Shown: piece by piece, positions 9,962 through 19,919 of the stretch
How positions within the stretch are numbered: position 1 is the stretch's first letter
Layout of the letters: the number at the start of each line of letters is the position of its first letter
Assembly (NCBI GenBank): GCA_965218205.1
Contig: OZ244590.1
Coordinates: forward strand, 984,178 to 1,048,177
Source: Spirochaetia bacterium
GTDB lineage: Bacteria; Spirochaetota; Spirochaetia; WTKD01; G963693115
Length of the DNA: 64,000 nt
Reading direction: 5' to 3'
The notes under the pieces: generated by a model
The model's database searches: none
Told to the model about the DNA's origin: nothing
What the model saw: the letters and a program-made list of their open reading frames with translations, nothing else
Made by a program: the position numbers and the translations under genes

Positions 9962-10957
9962 ATGAAAAAAATTGCTCTCATAGGTGCTGGTTTTATTGGA
10001 AATATTCATGCTCAGAGTCTTGTTTGTCATCCAGAGGTGGATTTTAAGTATGTATTTGATGTTGATGCTGAACGAGCAAAGCAATTTGCACAGCAATATA
10101 ACATAAAAGCTGTTGATATTACTACGATTATGGAATCTGATGTTGATGCTGTGCTTATAGCTTCGTCTACAAATACACATGCAGATATTTGTAAGCTAGC
10201 AGTAAAATATGGCAAAGGGATATTATGTGAGAAGCCTATTGATTTACAATTAAAGAAAGTTCGTGCTATATGTGACATAGTAGAAAATTCTGGTGTTCCT
10301 AATATGGTAGATTTTAATCGTAGGTTTGATGCGAGTCATAGTGCGTTAAAGCAAGCCCTCATGCAAAAAAAAGCAGGGAATATTGAGATTATTCAAATAA
10401 CAGCCCGCGATCAATCTCCTCCTTTGTTGGAATATGTGAAAACATCTGGAGGACAGATGCGTGATCAAACAATACATTTTTTTGATTTACTGTGTTACCT
10501 GAGTGATGATTATCCTGTTGAAATATATGTTATGGCAGATGCTTTGATAAACAAGGAAATTGGAGTTGCAGGAGACACAGATACTGCTGTTATTTCACTT
10601 CGTATGTCATCAGGGGCTTTGGCACTTATAGATTGTAGCAGACGTTCTCCTTGTGGATATGATGAGCGAATTGAGGTTATGGGATCTAAAGCTATGTTGG
10701 AGTCTAAACGTCAAATGCATCGGCATTTTGCACAGTATGAAGGCAACTATGTCAAAAGTGATGGTTTTTATGATAGCTGGTATGAAAGAATAAAAGATAC
10801 CTACTACAATGCACTGGATATGTTTGTACATGTGTTGCATGGAAAAAAGACTTCAGTACCAATTCCTGATTTTAAGGATGGGTTACATACACAGATTATT
10901 GCAGAGTCAGCGACTAAATCGTTACGGTTGGGGCGACCTATAAAAATACAGTATTAA
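9962..10957 (+). CDS. Gfo/Idh/MocA family oxidoreductase (possible inositol 2-dehydrogenase)
   Basis: N-terminal 'IALIGAGFIGNIH' Rossmann motif and the 'CEKP' motif; 331 aa. Confidence 0.75.
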   Translation: MKKIALIGAGFIGNIHAQSLVCHPEVDFKYVFDVDAERAKQFAQQYNIKAVDITTIMESDVDAVLIASSTNTHADICKLAVKYGKGILCEKPIDLQLKKVRAICDIVENSGVPNMVDFNRRFDASHSALKQALMQKKAGNIEIIQITARDQSPPLLEYVKTSGGQMRDQTIHFFDLLCYLSDDYPVEIYVMADALINKEIGVAGDTDTAVISLRMSSGALALIDCSRRSPCGYDERIEVMGSKAMLESKRQMHRHFAQYEGNYVKSDGFYDSWYERIKDTYYNALDMFVHVLHGKKTSVPIPDFKDGLHTQIIAESATKSLRLGRPIKIQY

Positions 10958-10963
10958 GCTGTA

Positions 10964-11737
10964 TTAAGTGAGGGAAACACGGAGTATATCTTCTATAAAT
11001 TGTTCTACTGGTATCAATCCCGATAGCTTTTTTGTATATAGCCATTCTGCTGCTCTTACTGCTCCTAAAGCAAAGCCTGAGCGTGTACGTGCTCTATGGC
11101 TGAGTGTAAGTGTATCAAAACTACTGTCAGCAATTACTTCGTGGTAACCAGGCTCTCTTCCTACTCTTTGTGAAACAATAGCAAGCTGTGATGGATCGAT
11201 AGGAGTGCCGTTAGGGATGTCTATGGTGATGGCAGTTTTTCGATCTAGTGTATCAAGTATTTTTTTTGCAGTAGAAAGTGCTGTCCCAGAAGGGCGATCA
11301 ATTTTTTGTGCATGATGTGTTTCTTGTATAGTTATGTCGTACTCTTGAACATTGTTTAAGAATTGAGCGAGTATTTCAGAAGTTTTCATAAATATATGTG
11401 CACCAATAGAAAAGTTTGAACCGTACAGATACGCAATGGAAGATTGTTGTACTATTGATTGAATGTGAGACATATCTTGTGACCATCCTGTAGTACCAAT
11501 AATTGCAGGTATGGTATTCTGTGTATATATATGAGCATTTTCTACAATGGAGCTTGCCGTTGAAAATTCGATAGCTATGTCTATAGTTTCTTTTTCAAAA
11601 TTAATAGCGTTTAGATGAGTGCAGGTGGCATCTGATGCGTACGGATCAACTGTGTGGACTATGCTATGATTATGTTGTAGAGCTTGTTGCTCTATCTCTT
11701 TTCCCATACGACCATATCCTACAATAAGAATATTCAT
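10964..11737 (-). CDS. dapB: 4-hydroxy-tetrahydrodipicolinate reductase
   Basis: 257 aa; 'MNILIVGYGRMGKEI' N-terminus and the DapB C-terminal domain pattern. Confidence 0.8.
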   Translation of the reverse strand: MNILIVGYGRMGKEIEQQALQHNHSIVHTVDPYASDATCTHLNAINFEKETIDIAIEFSTASSIVENAHIYTQNTIPAIIGTTGWSQDMSHIQSIVQQSSIAYLYGSNFSIGAHIFMKTSEILAQFLNNVQEYDITIQETHHAQKIDRPSGTALSTAKKILDTLDRKTAITIDIPNGTPIDPSQLAIVSQRVGREPGYHEVIADSSFDTLTLSHRARTRSGFALGAVRAAEWLYTKKLSGLIPVEQFIEDILRVSLT

Positions 11738-11751
11738 ATGTTCTCCTTTTT

Positions 11752-12762
11752 TTATGTTTTTCTTTCTTGTATAAGCGTCATTGCAGAGCTAATAACAATT
11801 TCGTCAGTAGTACAGCCTCGTGATAAATCGCTTACGGGAGCAGCAAGCCCTTGTATTATTGGTCCGTAGGCAGAAGCAGAGCCGAAGATTTGAGTGCTTT
11901 TGTAGCTTATGTTTGCACTGGCAAGATTAGGAAAAATAAGAGTGTTGGCTTGTCCTGCTACCGATGAATGAGGAGCTTTGAGCTGTGCTACCTCAGGACG
12001 AAGTGCAGCGTCCATCTGTAGCTCACCGTCAATGAGTAATGTTGGGTGATTTTTCTGCATCTCTGTGGCTGCTTTCTGTACGACATCTACTTCTGGATGT
12101 TTAGCAGATCCTTTTGTAGAAAAAGACAGAAACGCTATTTTTGCTTCTGTTTCAAGATATACCCTACATGTATCTATTGCAGCGAGAGCTATCTGTACTA
12201 ATTCTTCTGAGTTAGGATGTGGGATAATTGCACAATCTGAGAATACAAGGCATCCTTGTTCTCCTAAATGAGTATTGGGATGTTCAATAATAAAGGCAGA
12301 GGAAATAAGTTTTAGTCCAGACGCTACTCCAATTACCTGTAATGCTGCACGTAACACATCAGCAGTCGAAGTGATAGCCCCTGCAATCATTGCATGGTAC
12401 TCTTCTTTTGCTACGAGTGCGGTTGCAAAGTAAAGAGGGTTTTTCATGGTAGCATATGCAGTTTCTTCATCAACATTTTTATGTTTTCTTTTTTCATAAA
12501 AGAAATGAGCATAGTCTTCTAGTCTTGTATCTGTTGCACTGTCAATTATTTCTGTCTTGTGTTCATTGAGGTGAATTGAGTAGCTCTCTACTGTTTTTGA
12601 AATGGTGTCTTTATTTCCTATGAGGCAGATATGTGAGACTATGTTCTTTTTTTGTAACAGAGCAGCTGCTTTTAATACACGTTCGTCACTACTTTCAGGG
12701 AGTACAAGACTCCTCTGCATTGACTGGGCTTTTTGTATTATTTTTTCGCTAAATTGTGTCAT
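11752..12762 (-). CDS. pta: Phosphate acetyltransferase
   Basis: 336 aa; Pta/PtB family over the full length ('SFSTKGSAKHPEVD', 'GPIIQGLAAPVSDLSRGC'). Confidence 0.8.
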   Translation of the reverse strand: MTQFSEKIIQKAQSMQRSLVLPESSDERVLKAAALLQKKNIVSHICLIGNKDTISKTVESYSIHLNEHKTEIIDSATDTRLEDYAHFFYEKRKHKNVDEETAYATMKNPLYFATALVAKEEYHAMIAGAITSTADVLRAALQVIGVASGLKLISSAFIIEHPNTHLGEQGCLVFSDCAIIPHPNSEELVQIALAAIDTCRVYLETEAKIAFLSFSTKGSAKHPEVDVVQKAATEMQKNHPTLLIDGELQMDAALRPEVAQLKAPHSSVAGQANTLIFPNLASANISYKSTQIFGSASAYGPIIQGLAAPVSDLSRGCTTDEIVISSAMTLIQERKT

Positions 12763-12800
12763 ATATCACTTTATTATAGTATATTTTATATAATAATTAT

Positions 12801-13745
12801 ATGAGGGATACCCGTACTTTAAAGTGTTGTATTGCTGGACTTGGGAGATTTGGTATGTTCTGGTTTGAGCTATTGTACAAGCACAGAAAGGTGTTGCATG
12901 AGATGGGAAGTACTCTTATACAGAGAGGGGATGCTACTACTGTAGATGCAAGTGTGTCCCATAATGCTTATGCATCAGTGAGCAATATTGAGTTTTTGTT
13001 ATATGATCCTGCATTTTCAAAAGAGATGCACACTACAGTACAGAAGATATGTGACACATATACAGCGACAGAGGAAGATGAGGCTACCTATACAGAATTG
13101 CATGCCCCTGTTACTACTGAGATAAGTATTGCTACAAAAGATACGCTAGCTTTGGCTGATGTTATATTTTTATGTATGCCCATATCGGTATTAGAGACAC
13201 AAGCAACAGAGCTTCTTTCCTATTGTAATGAAAATGTTATTGTATTTGATACATGTTCGGTAAAAGAAAAGCCCGTACAGTGGATAAATGCTGCACGCAA
13301 AGCAACACAATATTTTATGGCTACTCATCCTCTGTTTGGGCCAGATTCATTTGCGGATGAGCGTAGTAGAAAAATAGTGCTTAGTGCTGTCCATATGACT
13401 CATCATCTTCTTGTAGCGTGGGAAGTATATTTTACCGCTATAGGATTACATTGTTTACAGTTAAGTCCTGCCGAACATGACAAACAGATTGCGTACACAC
13501 AGGGGCTTACTCATCTTGTAGGTCGTATCTTAAAACATATTCCACAACAGTCGTGTGCTGTTAGTACTAAGGGATTTTTGTCTTTACAAGAGATTATTTC
13601 ACAGACCTGCAATGATTCTGCCGAACTGTTTCTTGATTTGCAGGTACACAATCAGTATTCTGCAGAAGTATGGAATGCTTTTTCACATGCGTATGAGACA
13701 GTGCTTGATACACTGCATAAAAGTGAGAAGGGGAGTAAAGGGTAG
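12801..13745 (+). CDS. tyrA: Prephenate/arogenate dehydrogenase-like
   Basis: Rossmann 'CIAGLGRFGM' N-terminus and the 'THPLFGP' catalytic motif of TyrA-family dehydrogenases. Confidence 0.6.
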   Translation: MRDTRTLKCCIAGLGRFGMFWFELLYKHRKVLHEMGSTLIQRGDATTVDASVSHNAYASVSNIEFLLYDPAFSKEMHTTVQKICDTYTATEEDEATYTELHAPVTTEISIATKDTLALADVIFLCMPISVLETQATELLSYCNENVIVFDTCSVKEKPVQWINAARKATQYFMATHPLFGPDSFADERSRKIVLSAVHMTHHLLVAWEVYFTAIGLHCLQLSPAEHDKQIAYTQGLTHLVGRILKHIPQQSCAVSTKGFLSLQEIISQTCNDSAELFLDLQVHNQYSAEVWNAFSHAYETVLDTLHKSEKGSKG

Positions 13746-13765
13746 CACAGTGGTGTTTTAGTTTC

Positions 13766-13804
13766 CTTTTTTTGCTCCTTTGTCGCATTTAATACTTGAA
13801 CTCG
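13766..13804. repeat. Conserved 38-bp intergenic repeat, copy 2 (ctttttttgctcctttgtcgcatttaatActtgaactcg)
   Basis: Matches 813-850 with one mismatch and one extra T in the T-run. Confidence 0.6.
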
Positions 13805-13824
13805 CAGAAGCATGATTTCCTTTT

Positions 13825-13854
13825 TTGCATTTATACTATAAAGTATGATATAAT
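13825..13854 (+). promoter_or_regulatory. Candidate sigma70 promoter for the unknown 400-aa gene
   Basis: TTGCAT, an 18-nt spacer, then TATAAT; the downstream GGAGGG RBS sits 6 nt before ATG 13939. Confidence 0.4.
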
Positions 13855-13938
13855 TTGTAATTGGGTAAGAGAGTATGGTTTAATCTAATATTGATTATCC
13901 ATGCTAGCCCCATTATTAATATTTTCGGAGGGTAGAAT

Positions 13939-15141
13939 ATGGCGTGGCCTGGTGACATAGAAGAAAATAGAATTATTTGTAAGCCATTTAATAATACAGA
14001 AGGAAACTCGCCTGTTACTCTTTTAAAAATTGAAGGAGATCAAAAAGAAAAATTATTGGAGAGGTTAAACTTAATGACTTTAGAAGAAGAATCCCCTATA
14101 AGAAAGGTATCCTCTTCCTATATGTTACCGTTAATTTCGGCAGCAGGGTTTTATGTTGGATCAAGTGCAAAATTAGGTTCTTCTCTTTTTATGGCTACTA
14201 CTGATCCTTCAAATTTAATGCGTATTGGAGGAGGAGTTGGGAGTCAGTTTATGTCAGCAGGTGGAAAAATTATGAAACAAGCTCCTTTTGTTCCAGCTAA
14301 ATTAGCAACTTTTTCTATATCTGCTTCTTTGGTTGCATTCCAGGCAATGGCAATTATAAGTATTCAGAATAGTTTTAAGGTAGTAAATGAAAAATTGGAT
14401 TCTATTAAGAACATAATTACAAGAATGGAAAAAAAAGATAATGCAAAGGAGATTGGTAAATTAGAAAGTGCTATAAAAAGAATCTCTATTTTAGAGAAAC
14501 AGTATGCAATAAATCATCATTTTACAAATGATATGATGGTAAGATTATGTTTGTTAGAGAATGAAATAAATCCTATGCTTGAGGAATATCATTGGTTATA
14601 TGGTAGTCAAAAATTGAATACAGAGGATGTTATACACTATGTAAACGGACAACAAAGAGATGCTAATATTTTGTTAGCAGCTTCTATTGTTGATATGCAA
14701 ATATCACTTTTGCTAAGTAAGTTACATGTGCAGGAACAACCTAATTATATAAAAATATCTAATGATGATTTTGAACAAAAAATTAATTTTTATAAAAATA
14801 TTTGGAACACAATTCTTGTTCTACCTAATAAAATAAAGGATATGACAGAAGAGATTAAAGAAAGCGTAAAGGCAATGAATGGTTGGCAGAGGAATATGCC
14901 TGAGTGGTTGGGTGGAAAGAGCCGAGAAAGAAAGGATTTAGAATATAAAGCAGAATATTTATCAGAACAAGAAAATGAACTATCAGAAGACAGCAAAATA
15001 CGTGAAGAACAAATTGGTAACATAAAAAAATCTTTGAAACCAACAAGTAGCAATCAACTCCTTTATTTTCCAGATGAAACTGGAGAGTATGTGTGTTATA
15101 GTTGTACAAGTGATATTCAGTTTAAAGAGCCAAGTAAATAA
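13939..15141 (+). CDS. Hypothetical protein with a Gly-zipper hydrophobic segment and C-terminal coiled coil
   Basis: 400 aa; good RBS; no signal peptide; residues ~60-150 are rich in small residues with GxxxG-like runs ('IGGGVGSQFMSAGG'); the rest is K/E-rich helical; no family I recognise. Confidence 0.5.
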   Translation: MAWPGDIEENRIICKPFNNTEGNSPVTLLKIEGDQKEKLLERLNLMTLEEESPIRKVSSSYMLPLISAAGFYVGSSAKLGSSLFMATTDPSNLMRIGGGVGSQFMSAGGKIMKQAPFVPAKLATFSISASLVAFQAMAIISIQNSFKVVNEKLDSIKNIITRMEKKDNAKEIGKLESAIKRISILEKQYAINHHFTNDMMVRLCLLENEINPMLEEYHWLYGSQKLNTEDVIHYVNGQQRDANILLAASIVDMQISLLLSKLHVQEQPNYIKISNDDFEQKINFYKNIWNTILVLPNKIKDMTEEIKESVKAMNGWQRNMPEWLGGKSRERKDLEYKAEYLSEQENELSEDSKIREEQIGNIKKSLKPTSSNQLLYFPDETGEYVCYSCTSDIQFKEPSK

Positions 15142-15231
15142 ATCCGACAAATGAGTATCACAACAAAGCCCCACAAACATACGCACTAACAACAACTGTA
15201 TTTGTGCTACTATAGTAAATGTACTATTGTT

Positions 15232-16776
15232 ATGCGAAAAAATATACGGTGTTTCTTTTACTGCTTTCTCATTTTCTCGGTATTGTTGACTGCTTCTTGT
15301 TCAAACAATAGAAAGAAGAACAGCAATATAGTGAAGGATATAACTCCACGAAGTACAGACAATATACCGATTATTGAATCTACCATTCATAGATCAAATG
15401 AAAATGTTCCTCAAGAGGCTTCTGAGGCAATAGTTTCTTCCGAGACAGTATTCTCTAGTTTGGTGCCGAGAGATTATTCAATTATTGGTGTTAAGTGGGC
15501 AAACTTGGATGTAGATGATATTGAAGAGGCGGTAGTGGTTGTTACAAAAAAAAGGCAGAACTCTGTAAATGTGTTGATAGCTAAGTTCAATACAAACACT
15601 GAAAGATATTTTTTTCTGTGGCAAGAAACTACCACCATTATTAGAAACAGTTTTATTTCGTTACATATCTATGATATAAATGATGATGGAAGAAAAGAAA
15701 TTATTATAGAAGGGAGTAACGAAAACTTACAGCAACAGCTAACTGTATTTTATTTAGATGCTCCTAGCTATAATCTTAGAAACTATCAAAACATATTTAC
15801 TATATCAGGAGTAGGAGGGGGAGATATTGAGTTGCAATTACCTCAAGATTCATTTTCTTCTGTAAATATTATCGTGTACCAAATTGATGAAACAAAAGAG
15901 ATAATTGAAAAAAAATCGTATGTATGGAACGATGGTATTTCTAACTTTGCTCTTTTACGCAATGAGGTATTTTCTTTTGAAGATCAAGCAAAGGAGCGTG
16001 TAAACACATTGAATACACGAGATACTCAAGTATGGCTTACTTTTCTGAACGGGTTATGGGTCTACGAAAAAGATACTCAACATAGCAGTGGTGTTGGAAA
16101 TGAGCAAATGCATATGCTCTATTTTTCTAATAACGCTCCTGAGCTAAGTGTGATAAAGAATGACTCTATGCGGTTTTATCAATGGAGTAACAGAGCATCA
16201 AGGATGTTTCGTGCTAATATTGGCATACAAGTGCAAGTTTCTAATATAGTGTTGCCAGATATTTTTGCTTCTTTATCAATAGAAGTATTATCAGAAAAGC
16301 AAATAAGCATAGCACTTGAAAAAGATGAATATAGTGAAGTTATTAGAGGTGTTTTTACACAAGTGAATGTAAATGATATTATTGAGGAAAAGTATGCTCT
16401 ATTTTCTCTTTTTGAACAATATGGTATAGCAAGGAAATTGAAGCAAATTCAAGAATGGGTTATTGGAAATAAGGAAGATAGTAATACAGATAATGCCTAT
16501 GTGTTCTCCCAAGATTCTGTTTCCATTTTTGTTGTCAATAACAATAACTCGTATACCTATAGAATTTTCAATATAGCAAATGAGTTTTTTATGGAGCTAA
16601 AGCATGATGAGCTTTATAGGTTTTATAAATTTACCAATGTTCATGAAATAGATTTTAATGATGAAGAATCGTCCTTTGCTCTGCTATTACAGCCCTATGT
16701 TATTACAAGTAGTAAAGCCTACCCACTTGATAATGCTAATGATATTCTTCTTAAGAAAAGTGAAAGCGATAGCTAA
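15232..16776 (+). CDS. Hypothetical lipoprotein
   Basis: Signal peptide plus lipobox 'LLTASC' starting at ATG 15232 (the track ORF begins 30 nt upstream); ~515 aa with no recognisable domains. Confidence 0.55.
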   Translation: MRKNIRCFFYCFLIFSVLLTASCSNNRKKNSNIVKDITPRSTDNIPIIESTIHRSNENVPQEASEAIVSSETVFSSLVPRDYSIIGVKWANLDVDDIEEAVVVVTKKRQNSVNVLIAKFNTNTERYFFLWQETTTIIRNSFISLHIYDINDDGRKEIIIEGSNENLQQQLTVFYLDAPSYNLRNYQNIFTISGVGGGDIELQLPQDSFSSVNIIVYQIDETKEIIEKKSYVWNDGISNFALLRNEVFSFEDQAKERVNTLNTRDTQVWLTFLNGLWVYEKDTQHSSGVGNEQMHMLYFSNNAPELSVIKNDSMRFYQWSNRASRMFRANIGIQVQVSNIVLPDIFASLSIEVLSEKQISIALEKDEYSEVIRGVFTQVNVNDIIEEKYALFSLFEQYGIARKLKQIQEWVIGNKEDSNTDNAYVFSQDSVSIFVVNNNNSYTYRIFNIANEFFMELKHDELYRFYKFTNVHEIDFNDEESSFALLLQPYVITSSKAYPLDNANDILLKKSESDS

Positions 16777-17810
16777 TTATCCTTGTATTTAAGAAAGCCT
16801 TCAATGCCAATGGTTCGTAATTCTTTTATTTGACTCTGTACATCTTTACTCTGTGAAAGAGGTATGATTATCTGATAAAAGATAGTATTTTGTACTGTTG
16901 ATGTACTCATAATAGGGTATGCTCCCTCAAACATAGCGTCACGAAGAAGTGCTGTAAGTTTATTATAATAATTGTTTGCTTTTTCTTTATTTTGGAATGA
17001 TGACACTTGATACCCAAGTTCAGGTGCTGATGATAAAGGTATGTCTCCTGCTATTTCATTGCTTGATGAGGATAAGGAATTGTTTATTTCTAAATCTAAA
17101 AAAGAAAAAAAATGTGATGGGATTGGTAGTGTAGTGATTGTGTTTTGTAGTAATTGATATTCTATGGATGTTTTATATTTGTCTTGTAGTATCGTAAGGG
17201 CATATTCTTTACTGCTATGATTGTTTATTTTTAGTGCTAGTTTATACATAAAATAGTATATTGACGCTGGCAATAAAATAGCTTCATTTTTTTTTATGGT
17301 AGTGTGTATGTACTCTAATGCAGTACTATATTTTTTTTCATAAATATAGATTGCTATGTTTAAGGTAGTGAGTGGTATGATAATATTGGAGATATTGTAT
17401 CTCTCTTGTAATAGTGCAATATTACGTTTTGCTAGATTGATATTTCCTGTTTGATATTCTTGTATACTTGCCATCAGTAAGTGTTTGGGTAAGCGAGTAA
17501 TTTCAAAAGCAGAGTAGTACAAAAGTGCTGCAGTTTGAAAATCATAGCGTAATGTTGCTATTTTAGCAAAATGGATATATATTGAATAATGAATGAGAGA
17601 TGGGGGATATTGTTCTAGTACAGTGTAGAAAAAATTATAGGTCTCTTGTATGCTTTCCATAGAAGGATAGTGAGTGCTTACAAAGGATAATAGTTCTTGT
17701 TTACTAGGGGTGGGGTTATTTTCTATCCATTCACTTGTAGCATCTGCACTAAATAATAGTGTAGTATGAAACAATAACAAAATAATGGTACATAGAATTG
17801 ATTTATACAC
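16773..17810 (-). CDS. TPR-like / SPOR-domain protein (peptidoglycan-binding, divisome-associated)
   Basis: Signal peptide; C-terminal 'YQVSSFQNKEKANNYYNKL...YQIIIPLSQSKDVQSQIKELRTIGIEGFL' fits the SPOR repeat pattern. Confidence 0.5.
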   Translation of the reverse strand: MYKSILCTIILLLFHTTLLFSADATSEWIENNPTPSKQELLSFVSTHYPSMESIQETYNFFYTVLEQYPPSLIHYSIYIHFAKIATLRYDFQTAALLYYSAFEITRLPKHLLMASIQEYQTGNINLAKRNIALLQERYNISNIIIPLTTLNIAIYIYEKKYSTALEYIHTTIKKNEAILLPASIYYFMYKLALKINNHSSKEYALTILQDKYKTSIEYQLLQNTITTLPIPSHFFSFLDLEINNSLSSSSNEIAGDIPLSSAPELGYQVSSFQNKEKANNYYNKLTALLRDAMFEGAYPIMSTSTVQNTIFYQIIIPLSQSKDVQSQIKELRTIGIEGFLKYKDN

Positions 17811-17824
17811 TATATAAAAAAATG

Positions 17825-18148
17825 TTAGTTGATCTTATTGTCAGTAGGGACAGTATTTTTTGTTTTTTTATTTGTTTTTTTCAGATTTTTTTCTTCTTGA
17901 ACGAGTCGTTTTGTTTCTTTTTTTATGCTTTTGTTTAGAATATTACTGGCATATTTTCTTGAATATGAGAAAATAAAAGGCACTGCTATAATTGTTCCAA
18001 TGATAATACCAATGTATAAAAGCAACACTCCCGGTACATTGTGAAGAGTATAGAATAAAAAAGAAATTGTTGTTGTATACTTAAAGTTGATAATAGCAAA
18101 TAAAAGTGCTAATGTAATAATAATTATGATAAAAATAAATATAGTCAT
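17825..18148 (-). CDS. LapA/DUF1049-like small membrane protein
   Basis: 107 aa; two N-terminal TM helices followed by a Lys-rich tail. Confidence 0.4.
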   Translation of the reverse strand: MTIFIFIIIIITLALLFAIINFKYTTTISFLFYTLHNVPGVLLLYIGIIIGTIIAVPFIFSYSRKYASNILNKSIKKETKRLVQEEKNLKKTNKKTKNTVPTDNKIN

Positions 18149-18171
18149 GCTAACTCCATTATAGTATAAAA

Positions 18172-19899
18172 TTATTCTAAAATATAGTTTTTAATAAACA
18201 GACGTAATGTATTCCAATCGTTATTTTTTGGGAGCAAAATATACGCTCCATAATTATTAGAAGAAATGGTTTGTGAAGAAGGAATAGGTATTTCTTTATT
18301 ATCATTTTCGCTATTTTGAGAAGCAAGAAGTTTTGTATATGTTTGGTATAAAATATTAGAAGTACTGAGTGTGAGTTTTTTATGTAATGGAAGATCTTTA
18401 TTTTTTGTGATAATGCTAGCAATTTCGAATATACTGAGATTTGTGCTTATATATGGTTTTATGTCGCCTACTATTTGCATAAGTGAGATCATAGAGGAAA
18501 ATATATCCATGCTGCTTATTTTGTTTCGTATGCCTTCTAGTAGTAGTTGTTGTCGCTTAGATCTGCTGAAATCATTGGTTGTGTTTCTTGAACGTGCAAT
18601 ACGTAATGCTTCAATGCCATTGAGTTGGTATTCTCCTTGTGTATAATGTACATAGGACCATTTTCCATTTTCTTTAATTCTATAACTTGGATCTATTAAA
18701 TCTTCTTCTAAATATATATTTATTCCTCCTATTTTGTCAATGACAGAAATGAATGCATACATATCAATGCTTACATAATGATCTATTTTTAATCCAATAA
18801 CTTTTTCTATAATTTTTAGAAAATTTGATTTGGTATAAAATTTATAATACCAATTTAGCTTGTTGCCCATAAAATAAATATCCCTAGGGATACTGAGAAG
18901 TTTAATACCTTTTTTTGGATGAATATGTGCTAGCATTAAAGTGTCAGAAAGATTATTGTGAGTGCCAATAATAAGAATATTTTTTGTTTCCTCTGGGAGA
19001 GTACTATTTTGTATTGCTGTTTCTTGTTCTATAGAAAAAGAGATATTTCGTATTGGAACGTCGTCTTTATCCATCATCCATAGTTGTCCATTACTACGTT
19101 GCAAGGCAATAGCTCCAATTTTACTTTGTGGATATGGATGCTTCATGTCTGTATTCACATCAAAATAGTAATAGTCATTATCAGTGCGCCAATCTTGTAA
19201 TATATATACATGTTGTTTTTTCAAAGAATTTTGTATTTTTTCTGCAGAAACTATAGTTTTAAGTATGGTGAGATAATTGTAGTTGGCAGTTTCTTGTTTG
19301 GTAATATATGAGCTATCAAGTATAACAGAAGTAACATATGCAGTCCTTTGTTCTGGGGTATCTGATTTAGAATAGGGTATGCCATTTACTATCAATGTAT
19401 AATAGAGTGTATTGAGCACAATTTCGACAATAGGTTCATTGATGAAATTGTATAGTATTGTTGTATGAGTATACTGTGAAGGAGTAGTGTGTTGTACTGA
19501 CAGGTTAAAGTTGTTGATACGTTGTTGTAGTGTATGCTCTGTAAGGGCTGTCTTAAATTGTTGTAGAAACTGATCAGATAATTGTAAATGTAGTTCAATA
19601 GTTTCTTTGATGTTGTTAATACTGATTTTTAGTTCATCAAAATGTAATGGGACATATTTTATGTCTGTAAATGCACTTTGTATATTAAATGCAGTGATTG
19701 TGTTGGTATTGGCATGAAACAAGGGAGTATAGAGGGCAACAATGCTATTGTTAAAAAGGTACACTATTTTATTGTTTTTTTGATAAAATGATAAGCCTAT
19801 TTCTTTGTTTATTGTCTTAAATGAAGGTGTTTCTAAAAAATCTGCTAGTACTACTTCGTGTAGTTCTGTTTGATATGATTTGTACATTTCATCTACCAA
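18172..19899 (-). CDS. LytR-CpsA-Psr (LCP) family protein with a long N-terminal extension
   Basis: The C-terminal half carries the LCP signature ('YVSIDMYAFISVIDKIGGINIY', 'LNGIEALRIARSR'); 575 aa. Confidence 0.6.
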   Translation of the reverse strand: MVDEMYKSYQTELHEVVLADFLETPSFKTINKEIGLSFYQKNNKIVYLFNNSIVALYTPLFHANTNTITAFNIQSAFTDIKYVPLHFDELKISINNIKETIELHLQLSDQFLQQFKTALTEHTLQQRINNFNLSVQHTTPSQYTHTTILYNFINEPIVEIVLNTLYYTLIVNGIPYSKSDTPEQRTAYVTSVILDSSYITKQETANYNYLTILKTIVSAEKIQNSLKKQHVYILQDWRTDNDYYYFDVNTDMKHPYPQSKIGAIALQRSNGQLWMMDKDDVPIRNISFSIEQETAIQNSTLPEETKNILIIGTHNNLSDTLMLAHIHPKKGIKLLSIPRDIYFMGNKLNWYYKFYTKSNFLKIIEKVIGLKIDHYVSIDMYAFISVIDKIGGINIYLEEDLIDPSYRIKENGKWSYVHYTQGEYQLNGIEALRIARSRNTTNDFSRSKRQQLLLEGIRNKISSMDIFSSMISLMQIVGDIKPYISTNLSIFEIASIITKNKDLPLHKKLTLSTSNILYQTYTKLLASQNSENDNKEIPIPSSQTISSNNYGAYILLPKNNDWNTLRLFIKNYILE

Positions 19900-19919
19900 G
19901 AGCTCAATGGTATCAGTTT

